63,999 nt of DNA, filler included, from Candidatus Babelota bacterium (GCA_017999075.1; 11 parts of 11 records of this genome joined end to end with filler, not necessarily neighbours in it), one strand, 5' to 3'. Positions 29,937 through 42,018 are shown, numbered from the whole stretch's first letter. A program made the numbers and translations. Notes: generated by a model not told the origin, from the letters alone.

Positions 29937-32900
29937 GAATATAAACGCTGAATGTTTGAAATACTATTCAGCTTTTCAATGGTTGAATCATTGCTTGAAT
30001 TCAAATTAGTTCCTACCCATTTTTTCATCGTATTAATTATATTCATATCGTCGGCTGTCATTTCTATATTTCCTGCGCTTATTTCAGCATACACATTATC
30101 AGTCAGAAATGAGCCATACGCCTGCAAATAACTTGAAAACAGCGTTGACAAATCAAACTTCGGACTTTTCTGACAAACAAATTCAAAACCAAACGAATCG
30201 CCATAGATAACATTACCCGCTTCAATAAAAGATTTTAACGCTTCAGCATACTGATATGATTTCATAAATTCTTTGCCACTGTTAAAACTAACGGCAAAAC
30301 CTGCTATTTTTTCTTTCAGAAAATCATATTCTTCTTTCAAGATATCATAAACCGGATCATTATAAATAAAATTGTAATCCGAAAGAACAGCGATATTTTT
30401 TTCCATATCAGCGCATATAACCTCAAAAGGCAGCGTAAGATTTTTATCAGGATAATTGTATAGATTATCCGTAATTTGATTCCGATTTTTAATAAAACTT
30501 ATAATCGCAAGATAATACTTATTAGCCATTTCAGGTTTTGCAAAAATCTCGTTGTTTTTAATAAAAGATTCTAATTGCGGATAACTGAACTGTCCTGCAA
30601 AATTCGCGCATTTTTCAGCCGCTGATAAACCTGCCAGCCAGTCCCCATCTGATAACTCTGCTTTTACAAAATTAGCGGTAAAAGTATTATGCATAACGCT
30701 TATTTTATCGCGGTAATCGAAAAAATAAGAAATATGATCTTTTAAATTAACATCTGCTTTCAATAAATTTTTAATATTATCGTCCAGATTAATGGTTATA
30801 AGTTTTGAGTATGTCTGCGCTAATTCCCAATCCTTTTTTGACTGTCTGTATTCTGCGGCTAATGCGATAAGTTTATTTGCTGCGTTAATATCTTCAATCA
30901 CCGATTCGCGTAATGACTTGAATACCTGTCGGCTGTCAGGATAATTATTATTTAAAAAATCAAGATTCTGCAATGCTCTGGTTTTATCAAGATTCGCGAA
31001 ATTAAGCTGCGCCTGCTTTAAATTAACATAAAAGTCTATTACTTTTATTGCGGCATCAAGCTTGGCTTTTGCTTCATTCGCCAAAACTGCGCTTGTATAT
31101 GCGGGATAGGATTTTACGGATTCAGTCAGCCATTCCGCTATGTTTGATTTACTTTTAAAAAATTTCCAATTATTATTTATAATTGATTTCAACTGCTGAC
31201 CGCTGACAGCGCTGATTGCCGCATTATAATGATCTTTAACGATAGTATAAAAAAGCTCTGGATTACTGCTTGTTTCAATTTTATAAAGCAAGCTTTCCCC
31301 TTTTTCGATAATGTCTAAAAATAATAATGTCTGGAGCGCGCGCGGAATAATATTTTTTTCATAGCCAGTCAATTCAAGAAGCGCGGCAAGATTTTTTTCA
31401 ATTGCGTCTTTATCTTTTTTATCAAGCGCGGTTGTAAGTTCAGCTCTGACTGGCGCAACAGCTTTCTCGCATTGTTCTTCTGTCCATACAGCATTATCAT
31501 TAAGAGTCAAAAGCTGGTCTAATCCTGGACCAGTCCCAAGACCGCAATGTATTATATTTGCGTTGACATCATTTTTGGCGAGAATATAGCTTGCTCCGGC
31601 AAATTTGTTTTTAAACGCATAACTGCCAATATCAAAATACTCTGAACGCTTTGGAACTACAACATCATCGAATGAATGAGAATTTCCTGATGCGTCTGTC
31701 CCGCTTAATACTAAACCCAATTTACCTTTGCCAACTGTGAGTTTTTCGCTAAAAGTATTTATAGTTTGTAAAGAATAACCTTTTCTGAAGATATAATCGT
31801 CATTTCTGACAATAATCGTTTTTGCGCTCGGTTTACTCTGATTATTTCTTGCGTCAGCATTCATCGCATATCCGAGAATACTCCAGCCGGATGGCGCTAC
31901 AGGTTTCCATAATAGTTTAAGATTAGTCGAGCCGATTGTTTGACCTAAAATTTGTATTGATATATCAGCAGCAACCTCAGAATACTGGTCAGTATATCGA
32001 TATACAATTTTTCTGACAGGCGGTTTCTTTATCATTGATTCGCGTTTGGTATCCATCCATTTTATGACTTGTCCCTTTATTTCATTGACAGCAATATCTC
32101 TGTCTCTTCCTAACTTGATAAAATCTTCATCAGATAATTCATAAACAACCTCTTTCGTATTTGCGGGAATAAACCTTTTAACATCGCTACTGGTTATATC
32201 ATTAGTTAATTTAAAAATATCTCTGATAGCTATGTATTTCAATTCTTCCCACTTCTTAAAAACAGTATCATTCTTGAGTTTTTCAATACTTTCTTCAAAT
32301 TTTTTCGGATTAACACTTTTAGCAGCGTTAAATTCAGGTGATTCTAATGATTTAAGTGTTTTTTCATAATTTTTTTCAATAACACGCGCAGTTTTTTCAT
32401 AATTTTCTAGATAAGTCATCGCAAGTTTAAAAGCAGCGGCTGAAAATTTTTTATAAATTATTTTCGAAGCCATATCATAGCCATAAACTATCGGCGGAGT
32501 TTCTTTAGTTTTTTTACCGAAAAATTCGGCAACATCGTTTCCGAAATCAACAAAGGTTTCCGCTATCTCGCTGCCGCCTTGTTCAAAAAATTTACCTGCG
32601 TCTTTACCGAAACTTTCAAGACCTTTCGCAACTTCAACGGCCGCGATTTCAGCGTATTTAGATGTTTCGTTAAACGCGATAGTCGCGCCTTGCGCGATTA
32701 GTTTGCCCGTATTTTCAAGCACTTTCAAAATTACTTTATCAAGGTTCTTCAAAATTTTCTCAAATATCTGTTCGCAAATCGGTTTTATGAATTCAGCCGG
32801 ATTCAGCGATTTCACGCTGATATCAAAATCTTCCTCATAAATAGCAGATTTATATTTAACTTTCATTGAATATTTCGGCGGTGTTCCCTGTATCAACGAG

Positions 32901-35776
32901 CGGACATCGAATTTAGCGCGGATATTTGTTATCTCAAGCGACATTACAATATCGCCGATAAACTGTGTAATTTCTTTCGGGATTTTAACATTTTTTTCGA
33001 TAAGCTCTGCAATCCTGCTTTTTGTCACGCCGTCAGCCGCAAGGTCGATACGCGCTTCCATATCCTGACTGCTGTAAAGAAAATCGCATCTGACATTTCC
33101 GAGCAGTTCAGATTTCATATTGGTTTTTAATTCCATATACGAAAAATCAGGCGAGCCGCCAATATTGAAATCAGTAATAACTGTCAGCGGCAGATAAATA
33201 ATATTAGACGGCGGAATCACTATTATCGGATTTTCCCATCTCTCGCCTTCGCGCAAACCGCCTTTCAAACCTTTGTTAAGCAGGTCAATATTTATATAAC
33301 ATTTTACAGGTCCGCGCTGCGGGTCAATCGCGTAATCAAACGGCATACTAACCAATATCTTTTGCGCTTGATTCTGCGGTTCAAACCACATTTCAACATC
33401 AACATAATCTGACGGATATTTGATAGCGCTCAGATATTTCTCGTATAAATCGAAAAGCGGAATATTTTTTACGACATTTGGTATCTTCGCTTTAACATTG
33501 AATCTGCCTTTTGCCTTGTCAAGTCCGGCAGTAGCGTCAACAACTATATCCTTACCGCCATTCAAATATTTTACAGTAAGTTTGCCTTTGAATTCCGTTT
33601 TGGACGCGCGGATCATGTTGAGTTTTACCAATTCCAAATTAAAACCGAATTCAGCGCCTACATCAGGAAACTTCAGCCCTATTTTCCAGAAAAAAGATTC
33701 GAAAAATTTAAACGCAAGTTCCATTTCCAGCGAATTTAAAATAGCGTCTATATCAAGTTTAGGAACACCCAAATCAATTTTTATATCGCCCATTTCAGGA
33801 AATCCTTTGAATTTCAGAGGAATGATTAACCCGTTAAAACTGAAGCTGCCAAGTGACGGCATATTACAGTTCAGCGCAAGCTGACCAATCTCAAAATTAA
33901 GTTTCGGCATTCCTATTTTAGAAAACAAATCATTAATCCGCGCGAATAAACTATTGATATTTATTTCAGGGAAAGTCAGATTAATTTTAACATTCGGCGA
34001 AAAGTCCGGTAATTCCGGCATATCTAGTTTAATCAGTCCAAACCCGTCTGCGCGCACCTGAATATCAGTTTTATATTTTGAAGCTTTATTTGCTTTTGAA
34101 TCATAGATGAACGACAATAAAAATTTTTCAACGCTGCCCGGCAAAATACCGAACGGCTGCTGCCATTGCTGTTCCGGCGTAAGTCCGAACTGCACCGGAA
34201 TTTCATTTTGTCCTTCTAATATTTTTTTCAAATCAAGTTGCGCAAACAAATTAAGTTTGTTTTTTGTCGGGTCAATTTTAAGTTGAATCGGCGTTCTGAT
34301 AATCAGCGAATCATTGAGATTATCCTGTAATATTTTTTTTTCAGGAAACTGCGCGATAAAATCTGCAGATTGCGATATTGAACAAATATCATTATTTAAA
34401 ATGTCTTTTACAGCCGGAATATTAGAAAGCGGATTAGGAACTGACGCAGTAAATTCAAATAATTTATGCTGACTAATATTTTTTTTCACGCCTTTTACCG
34501 GAATAATTAAATCATTACCTGCATTTAAATATTTTAATGTTATTTCTCCGCTGAAATTATTTTCGTCTATTCTTGCAAATTTAAAAGATGCTGCGCCGAG
34601 ATTTATTATCGCTTCTGCGCCGAGATTAATATCATTAATCTGACTGTATATACAATCAACTACAAGATTAAGTTCGTTTAATAAATTTTTATCTAATTCT
34701 AAACCGGTGTTGTCAGAGCTGTCGTCACTTGAAGAACGAACGCCGCGTGCACGGCTGCGTGAATTTTTTTTGTTTGTAACTTTGCTTTTATCGACCATTT
34801 TTAATTTTTTTAGTTTTGAAGCGTTTGCGCGAGTTGATGAAGAAGAACGTTCCGCAGATTTTAATTTTGAACGTGATTTTAAGCCTCGCTGAGTATCTGT
34901 TTTGTCTTCTTCAATTTTTGAAGAATCAATTTTGTATTCTGCGTCAGAGATTGTTCCTTCATTAACATCTATTATTTTCTTTTCTCCAATCCTTAAAATA
35001 AGTATCGCTTTATATTGTTCGATTGAATCTTGATATTTGTTGAATTTTATTATTTCGTTTTTCGTCCAGTCAAACAAATACACATATCCATCCCCTCCAA
35101 CAAAATAATAATTATCCCCAGTCAATTCCGGCAATGGCAGAGTTTGCTGCGCTTCAGGTTCTGCAGTTTCGTCTTCATCAGCTGCTGTTTCTTTACCGCC
35201 AACTGATTTGATTTTTCGTTTTTCAGTTTTTCGAGTAGATGTTTGCGTCTTTGATTTTATCATACGATGTCTGCTTCTTATCCCGCGTTCTGAATCTTTA
35301 ATCTCCAATCTGTCATCTGTAATTCCCGAATTGTCAATTGTCAATTCTCCATTGACAATTTTTTTAATAGCAATAATATGTCCGTCCGGTCTGACGGCAA
35401 ACCAGTAATCATTTAATTTTAAAATATTTTCGGTCTTTTTTTCGATTGATTCACGGTTTAAATCAAGTTCATATACCGCGCCGTCTTCGATAAAATATTT
35501 TTTGGTTTTATCTAATTGCAGCGGTTTGACAGTAATAACTTTCGTTTCAATTTTTTGACCTTTATTTTCTGTCGCTGCAGATGTTGATGCTACAGAAGTA
35601 TCTTCAATATTTTCTTGAACTGCCGAATCAACGCTTTTTACGCCGCGCCTGCTTCTAACATCAGTTCTTGACTGCGAAACCTCGCGAGCTTCAAGTACTC
35701 CAGAAAATACAATCATCAAAATGATTGCCATAACCATCGCTAATCCATTTTGAAATTTTGCCTTCATAAAAATCAC
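29937..35776 (-). CDS. Giant (>1940 aa) secreted protein of unknown function, 3' end cut by contig edge
   Basis: Uninterrupted ORF with a signal peptide (..FSGVLEA), internal duplications and a helical C-terminal third. Confidence 0.85.
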
Positions 35777-35888
35777 CCATTATAAAAANNNNNNNNNNNN
35801 NNNNNNNNNNNNNNNNNNNNNNNNNNNNNNNNTTAATTAATTAANNNNNNNNNNNNNNNNNNNNNNNNNNNNNNNNNNNNNNNNNNNN

Positions 35889-36363
35889 TTGATGAAATGA
35901 AAATAATACTGAAAATTTCAGGATGAAAATCATAAATTAACAAATATTGTAAGTGGGGATTTAACAAAAAAATCAAAAAAAATAAAAATGCAGGAATAAG
36001 ATTTTTAAAAAAATGCAGTGCAATTTTAAAAATAATTATTGACGATAAAATCAAAATAACTTGTTGAACTGTTTGAAGTATAATTGGAGATTTGAATAAT
36101 ATTAATAATGGAGAAAAAAGCACTAATATTAAATAACTATGATCTCCTAATGAATTGAATTTCTTATCATGCAATTGATTCCATTTATAAAATGATGTAT
36201 AAAAAAAGTCGCCGTTATTAGTGTTGTTAATAAGATTAGCAAAATATCCGAGATCAAGCGTAAAATCGAGATTATTCGTATATCTGTTTAGATTTGAAAA
36301 ATTTAAAAAAATAAATAAAAAGACAAATAAAAAAATAAATAATAAACAATTTATATAACGCAT
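35889..36363 (-). CDS. DUF2079-like membrane protein (GT-C-like), 3' partial
   Basis: DLGYF, SLGDH and YDFHPE motifs in a hydrophobic protein. Confidence 0.75.
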
Positions 36364-36376
36364 AAATAATAGAGGA

Positions 36377-37795
36377 TTATTTAAATAACATTGATATCAA
36401 CATTTTAAAAAGTTTAGTTAATTCTGAAAAAGATTTGATATTTGATAAAACTTTAAAAGCTATATTGGGACGCAAATAAAATTTTAAATATGCATAATTC
36501 AATAATTCAAATAATTCTTTTTTAGATAAATATTCGTCCCACACTTTAATTTCGAAATAAGCAGAAGGATTCAACACGAATTTTTTCCAGTTTTCATATG
36601 AACAGATTCCCTTTGTAACGCCTAAGTCAAAATATTCTGAAAAAGGGTAGGGGGTATAAACATTATAAAATGCATAATCACATCCTAATGTTAATGATTT
36701 ATTTATAGAATCTTTAATTTGCTGTTTTGATTTTTCGAATGGAAGCCCGAACATAAAATAACCTAATGTTTTAATTTTTAATTGCCTGCAGCAATGCATT
36801 GTTTCTTTAATGTTTTTAAAAGTGATTTTTTTATTCATATCTTTTAGTCCGTCATCCGTACATGTTTCAATTCCGAGTTGTAGAAGATAACACCCGCTGT
36901 CTTTCATAGATTTTAAAAGTTTAAAATCAAGATTATTTACCCTGGCTCTACATGACCATTTAAAACTATTTTCAAAATTTTTTTTAATGGAATTAACCAG
37001 ATTAAGGGTTCTTTCATAATCACAATTAAATGCGTCATCATTGAACATAAAAGAATCTATACCAAGTTTTTTCAGATTATGAAGTTCATTAATTATATTG
37101 TTTATATTTCTTACCCTGTATTTTTTTTCTGTAACAATACAGAATTTGCAATTGTAGGGGCATCCTCTTGAACTTATTACTGTAGTAAATTTTTTTGATG
37201 GCGACAGACTCGAATAACATTTTCGATAATTTAAAATATTTCTATCTATTTCCGGGTAATCATCTATATTAAATTCTGTAACGGATTTCTGATTTCTTAT
37301 TATTTTGCCAGTGTTATCTTTGAATAATAATCCTTCGATATTTTCAAGAGGCGTTTGATTTTTTAAATTTGATATTAAATTAAAAAAGGGTTTTTCCCCA
37401 TCGCCTGTAATAACGGCATTTACTTCAGGATAACTAAGCATTTCTTCAGCATAATTTCTGGTATTTGCTCCGCCGAGACAAATAAAACAATAAGGTAATA
37501 ATTTACGAATAAGCTTGAGAGTGATTTTTAAATCAGGAAGAGTATGTAGGTATGTCGGCAACCCAATAACATCAGGCGAATATTCTGAAATTATTTTTTC
37601 TAATCCCGAATAATTTATATCATCAATTAGACAATCGGTTATTTTTATATCTATTTCGTGTATGTTTTTTTTTAAAAAAGCTGCTACTGAAAGTAATCCA
37701 AGAGGAAGAAATTTTCCTGCAGCAATATTAATTGATTGGTATACTTCTGATTCTATAACGTTTTCAGCAGGATAATTTATAAATAATATCTTCAT
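36377..37795 (-). CDS. B12-binding-domain radical SAM protein
   Basis: PLGLLSVAA, GDGE, SRGCPYNCKFC, DDAF, LGIET, YFMFGLP and TPYP motifs. Confidence 0.92.
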   Translation of the reverse strand: MKILFINYPAENVIESEVYQSINIAAGKFLPLGLLSVAAFLKKNIHEIDIKITDCLIDDINYSGLEKIISEYSPDVIGLPTYLHTLPDLKITLKLIRKLLPYCFICLGGANTRNYAEEMLSYPEVNAVITGDGEKPFFNLISNLKNQTPLENIEGLLFKDNTGKIIRNQKSVTEFNIDDYPEIDRNILNYRKCYSSLSPSKKFTTVISSRGCPYNCKFCIVTEKKYRVRNINNIINELHNLKKLGIDSFMFNDDAFNCDYERTLNLVNSIKKNFENSFKWSCRARVNNLDFKLLKSMKDSGCYLLQLGIETCTDDGLKDMNKKITFKNIKETMHCCRQLKIKTLGYFMFGLPFEKSKQQIKDSINKSLTLGCDYAFYNVYTPYPFSEYFDLGVTKGICSYENWKKFVLNPSAYFEIKVWDEYLSKKELFELLNYAYLKFYLRPNIAFKVLSNIKSFSELTKLFKMLISMLFK

Positions 37796-37870
37796 TAGCA
37801 GTGTCCATTATTTCTACTTTTAATTTTATGTTTATTAATTCTAAACGGTTATATAAATATATTATACGAT

Positions 37871-37966
37871 ATACTCTGCTTTGAAATGATTATTTTACAA
37901 ACCTCTTAATTAATAATCAATAAAAATGTGGAAAATAATTTTATTTGTAAAACTAATCATTTCAAA
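37871..37966. mobile_element. MITE-like inverted-repeat element, copy 1
   Basis: About 96 bp, highly similar to 50328-50423 on a different contig. Arms are TTTGAAATGATTATTTTACAAA (37880-37901) and TTTGTAAAACTAATCATTTCAAA (37944-37966). Confidence 0.7.
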
Positions 37967-37974
37967 AATTTTTT

Positions 37975-38934
37975 TTAAGCGCGCGGATGAGAATTATTGT
38001 AGACGTCTTTAATTTTGTCTGTAGTAACATGCGTATAAATTTGAGTGGTGGATAGACTTGAATGGCCTAGCAATTCCTGAACAGCTCTTATGTCGGCGCC
38101 TCGGTTTAAAAGATGAGTAGCAAAAGTGTGGCGGAACGTATGTGGTGAAACATTTTTTAATAGCGCTGATTTAAGAATATATTTTTCTATAATTAAACGG
38201 ACGCCTCTGTCAGTAATATGATCTCCGTGTTTGTTGAAAAACAAATAAGCATTATCGTCTTTGTTGAATTTTTGCAAAAACATAGCTCTGTAAGGCAAAA
38301 AATCATATACAGTTTTTTTTAAAATTGTTCCTATAGGGATGATTCTTTCTTTTTTTCCTTTTCCAAAAACCCGTAAAATATCTTTTCCGGCAATATCGGT
38401 AATTTTAACGTTTACCAGTTCGCTCACGCGTACTCCAGTAGAATAAAGAAATTCCATTATTAAATAATCTCTCATTCCTAACGGACTGTTTCTATCTGGG
38501 ATTTTAAGAATATTTTCAAGTTCGTTTTCAAACATGAATTCCGGAATATATTTTTCTTTTTTTGGGGAAGATACGTTTTTAGTAGGGTTATGAGAAATAA
38601 GATTTTTCAGAAGAAGAAATTTGAAAAAAGTTTTTACCCCAGACAATATTCTAAGCAGAGTATTGCGGTTATATTTTTCGCCATTAACTGTTTGATACTC
38701 AAGATATCTTAGAAAATCGCGTATTACTCGATAGCTTAATATTTTTAAATCTATTTTTCCGGTTTTTTCAATTAAATATGAAAATAATTTTATAACATCA
38801 TTTTTGTAAGATTTTAAAGTCATCTCAGAATAATTTTTTTCATCGTGAAGATAATTTAGAAACTGAGGGACAAAATTTTCATTCAGAAGTTTTTCTGTTA
38901 TTATTATTTTTGAATTTTCAGACATAATCTGCAT
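37975..38934 (-). CDS. xerC: Tyrosine recombinase XerC/XerD
   Basis: SAM-like N-domain, LYSTGVRVSEL, GKGKKERIIP, SPHTFRHTFATHLL and VQELLGHSSLSTTQIYTH motifs. The C versus D assignment is uncertain. Confidence 0.8.
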   Translation of the reverse strand: MQIMSENSKIIITEKLLNENFVPQFLNYLHDEKNYSEMTLKSYKNDVIKLFSYLIEKTGKIDLKILSYRVIRDFLRYLEYQTVNGEKYNRNTLLRILSGVKTFFKFLLLKNLISHNPTKNVSSPKKEKYIPEFMFENELENILKIPDRNSPLGMRDYLIMEFLYSTGVRVSELVNVKITDIAGKDILRVFGKGKKERIIPIGTILKKTVYDFLPYRAMFLQKFNKDDNAYLFFNKHGDHITDRGVRLIIEKYILKSALLKNVSPHTFRHTFATHLLNRGADIRAVQELLGHSSLSTTQIYTHVTTDKIKDVYNNSHPRA

Positions 38935-39694
38935 AGAATGGGCTTAATTTTGAATTTACAGCCATCCCCAATATAAAAAAGACAAGGCACAACATAAAAG
39001 TAAATCCAGTTAAATATATTGAAGGAAATCCTCCGTTCATAAGAATATCCCTGTACATTACAATTAGGCCTGTCATAGGATTTAATAAGAAAATTTTAAA
39101 TAGAAATTCTGAATATCCGCGGATTAATTTTTGATCATAAAATATAGGAGTAAGATAAAACCATATTGTTAATAATATTTCGGTAAAATATTTTATATCT
39201 CTGTAATAAACAAATAGAGAACTAAGGGTCAAAACAATTCCTGCTGTAAACAGCGACTGCATAATAATTACTATAGGCAGATATAAAATAGATATGCCTA
39301 ATTTATATCCGGATAGAACTGACAATATTATAAGTACAGAGATTGACAGAACAAAATTGAATAAATTAGACAATACTATGGAAACTGGAATAAGTTCGCG
39401 CGGAAAATACACTTTTTTTATTATGTTGGAATTATCAACAAAACATCCGACTCCTGAAGAAACTGAAAGATTTAAAAAAATCCATGGGAATAATGCTGAT
39501 AATAAATATACTGATGTTAATTCTTTTATATTGAAAATCGTCGAGAATATGAATAGAAAAACAAGCATCATTGCTATGGGAACTATCAGAGCCCAAAGAA
39601 AACCGAGAATAGCGCTTTTATATTTGACTTTAATTTCTTTGACAGCTAAATTTATAAGCAATTCCCGGTATTTGAAAAAATTTGAAAACGTCAT
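38918..39694 (-). CDS. ABC-2 polysaccharide export permease (Wzm/TagG-like)
   Basis: KEIKVKYKSAILGFLW, IIKKVYFPRE, YRDI, WFYLTPIFY and LNPM motifs. Confidence 0.9.
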   Translation of the reverse strand: MTFSNFFKYRELLINLAVKEIKVKYKSAILGFLWALIVPIAMMLVFLFIFSTIFNIKELTSVYLLSALFPWIFLNLSVSSGVGCFVDNSNIIKKVYFPRELIPVSIVLSNLFNFVLSISVLIILSVLSGYKLGISILYLPIVIIMQSLFTAGIVLTLSSLFVYYRDIKYFTEILLTIWFYLTPIFYDQKLIRGYSEFLFKIFLLNPMTGLIVMYRDILMNGGFPSIYLTGFTFMLCLVFFILGMAVNSKLSPFYADYV

Positions 39695-39699
39695 ATTTT

Positions 39700-40194
39700 T
39701 TATTTTTTAAACGGCATAAGCAAATTTTCGTCAAGATTGTAATATTCGGTGGCAGCAGCAATCAATTCTTCGGCAGTGCTTGTTGAAAAAGAATGGACTT
39801 CCACTCTTACGCCTGCGGCTTTCAAATGGTTTACAAGATCTGTAAAATCGCCGTCGCCGCTGACTAAAGCTATTGCGTCAACTTTAGAAGCAATAGAAAT
39901 CGCATCAATTGCAAGCCCCATATCCCAATCTCCTTTTGCAGAACCGTCGGCTCGCTGTTTCAATGTCTTTGATTTTACCTCAAATCCTTTATTTCTTAAT
40001 AGATTTATGAAACCTGATTGATCTATATCGCGGGTTTGAACAATATAAGCTATAGCCCTGATAAGTTTTCTGCCAAGTACAACAAAATCTAAAAGTTTTT
40101 CAAAATCCAATTTTGCGTTATACTTATTTTTTGCTGAATAAAACATATTCTGCACGTCTACAAAGACTGCAACTCTTTGGTCAATAATTTTCAA
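39700..40194 (-). CDS. NYN domain protein (LabA/DUF88)
   Basis: VAVFVDVQN, KGDWDMGLAID and LVSGDGDF motifs. Confidence 0.92.
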   Translation of the reverse strand: MKIIDQRVAVFVDVQNMFYSAKNKYNAKLDFEKLLDFVVLGRKLIRAIAYIVQTRDIDQSGFINLLRNKGFEVKSKTLKQRADGSAKGDWDMGLAIDAISIASKVDAIALVSGDGDFTDLVNHLKAAGVRVEVHSFSTSTAEELIAAATEYYNLDENLLMPFKK

Positions 40195-41723
40195 TTTTCT
40201 ACCTCTTCTTTTAAAATAATATTTAATTTTTTAATTTGTTCTTTTGATTTTGCCGCATATTTTGAATTAGGGTTCAATGAAATGCATTTATCGAACATTT
40301 TCAGGGCGAGAATGTATTCTTCAATTGTTTTATAGACAATTGCAAGTTGATAATATGCAGGGATATAATTTTCATCGAGTTTTATTGATTTTTGGAATGA
40401 AGAAACAGCTTTGTCTTTCATTTTTTTTTTTAAATAAACCAACCCTAAATGATAATACGCGTAAGTCATAGCAAGCCTGTCAGTATTTAACCGTATCGAC
40501 TTATTCAATTCAAGTATGGCTTTATCAAGCATATTTTTTTTATAATATAAAAATCCGATATCGTTGTAAGCCATTGCATTGTTGGGATCAATTTCAAGAG
40601 CTGTTTGATATACTCCAAGAGCCTTATTATATTCACCCATTTTTATGTACAGCCATCCGAGATTATTTAAAGTGGTCAAACTCTGCGGATTTATTTTTAG
40701 AGCTTTCAGATAACATTTTTCTGATTCTTCAAAAATCCTTAATAAATATAAATCCCATCCGAGATTGTTTAAAGAAATTATGTCGTCGGATTTCAATTCA
40801 ATAGCTTTTTTATAATATTTTATTGATTCTTCAATTTCATTTAATTTATCGCTTATATAACCGAGATTCACGTAGGCAATTTGATAATTGGGATTTAATT
40901 CAATCGCTTTTTTAAAACATTTTATTGATTTAAAATAATCGCCTGCTTTTTCATATGCAGCTCCGAGATTATTATAAAATAAAGGTTCTTCAATGCCTTT
41001 TTCAATTGTTTCCTTAAATTTTGAGATTGCTTCGTCAATCATGTTTTCATTCATTAAAATTTGACCTTCAGCAGTGAGTTTGAAAGCTTCTGATTTAACA
41101 TCGTCAGGATTAATTTCAAGACATATATTGTATTCAAAAACAGCTTCATTAAATAGCCCGAGATTATAATAAATATTTGCAAGATTGTAATGCGCTTCAA
41201 TTTTTTCGGGAATTAAATCAATAGCCTTGTGATATTTTTTTATGGCAGTTTCGTAATCATTTATCAAAATATAAACCTGTCCCAAATTGTTATATGCAAA
41301 ATAAACAGATTCTGCATCTTGAGACAATTGAATAACTTTATTGAATATTTCAATACTTTCTTCATATCGTTTTGTATTAAAATAAGCTGCTGCCAGACCA
41401 TTATTTGCAAAAATATTATCGGGTTCCAATTTTATAACTTTATTAAAACATTCAATCGCGTTGTCGTATTTATCGGATAAAAAATAAGCCCACCCGAGAT
41501 TATTCATAATTTTAATATCTTCTGGTTTTAAATCTAGTGCCTGTTTAAATTCGTCTATAGCATTTTCAAACATTCCTAAATCGAAATATCCGCTGCCTTC
41601 TCTAAAATGGATGATTTGATCGGTTTGAATTTTGTCGGTTTTGTTCAACAGTAATTTTGCCGAATCTATGGCTTTTTCATATTGTTTTTGTATGGCTATG
41701 TCTGTTTGTTTATGCATCCCCAG
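40191..41723 (-). CDS. Tetratricopeptide repeat protein (about 13 TPRs), possibly 5' partial
   Basis: Repeated NNLG..Y...A...Y.KA..L.P units. The frame is open to the contig edge. Confidence 0.92.
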   Translation of the reverse strand: MGMHKQTDIAIQKQYEKAIDSAKLLLNKTDKIQTDQIIHFREGSGYFDLGMFENAIDEFKQALDLKPEDIKIMNNLGWAYFLSDKYDNAIECFNKVIKLEPDNIFANNGLAAAYFNTKRYEESIEIFNKVIQLSQDAESVYFAYNNLGQVYILINDYETAIKKYHKAIDLIPEKIEAHYNLANIYYNLGLFNEAVFEYNICLEINPDDVKSEAFKLTAEGQILMNENMIDEAISKFKETIEKGIEEPLFYNNLGAAYEKAGDYFKSIKCFKKAIELNPNYQIAYVNLGYISDKLNEIEESIKYYKKAIELKSDDIISLNNLGWDLYLLRIFEESEKCYLKALKINPQSLTTLNNLGWLYIKMGEYNKALGVYQTALEIDPNNAMAYNDIGFLYYKKNMLDKAILELNKSIRLNTDRLAMTYAYYHLGLVYLKKKMKDKAVSSFQKSIKLDENYIPAYYQLAIVYKTIEEYILALKMFDKCISLNPNSKYAAKSKEQIKKLNIILKEEVEN

Positions 41724-41823
41724 NNNNNNNNNNNNNNNNNNNNNNNNNNNNNNNNNNNNNNNNNNNNTTAATTAATTAANNNNNNNNNNNNNNNNNNNNN
41801 NNNNNNNNNNNNNNNNNNNNNNN

Positions 41824-42010
41824 TTGCAGATGCCTTTTCCTCTGAAGGCCGGATCCACCTGAATGTACTCAAGACTGCCTTCACCATTTACTGTATCTCT
41901 TTCTCCGATGCCTAGCGCTATGGGAATGCCGCTTCCTTTTTCTTTAATCTACAGCCATAACCTGTTGTCAAAAACACCTGTCTCTGTCCAGCTTTTTCCT
42001 CTTTTTTCTT
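41824..42010 (-). pseudogene. GNAT acetyltransferase fragment with in-frame stop
   Basis: Manual translation: KRGKSWTETGVFDNRLWL*IKEKGSGIPIALGIGERDTVNGEGSLEYIQVDPAFRGKGIC. It carries the V.P..RGKG acetyl-CoA motif, has a TAG at 41949-41951, and is more GC-rich than the rest of the contig. Confidence 0.65.
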
Positions 42011-42018
42011 ATGGTTTG

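Noticed and set aside
37871-38934. xerC plus the adjacent hairpin as an integron or dif module
   Set aside because: The recombinase looks like housekeeping XerC/D with no IntI insertion. The hairpin lacks attC and dif consensus and recurs on another contig away from any recombinase.
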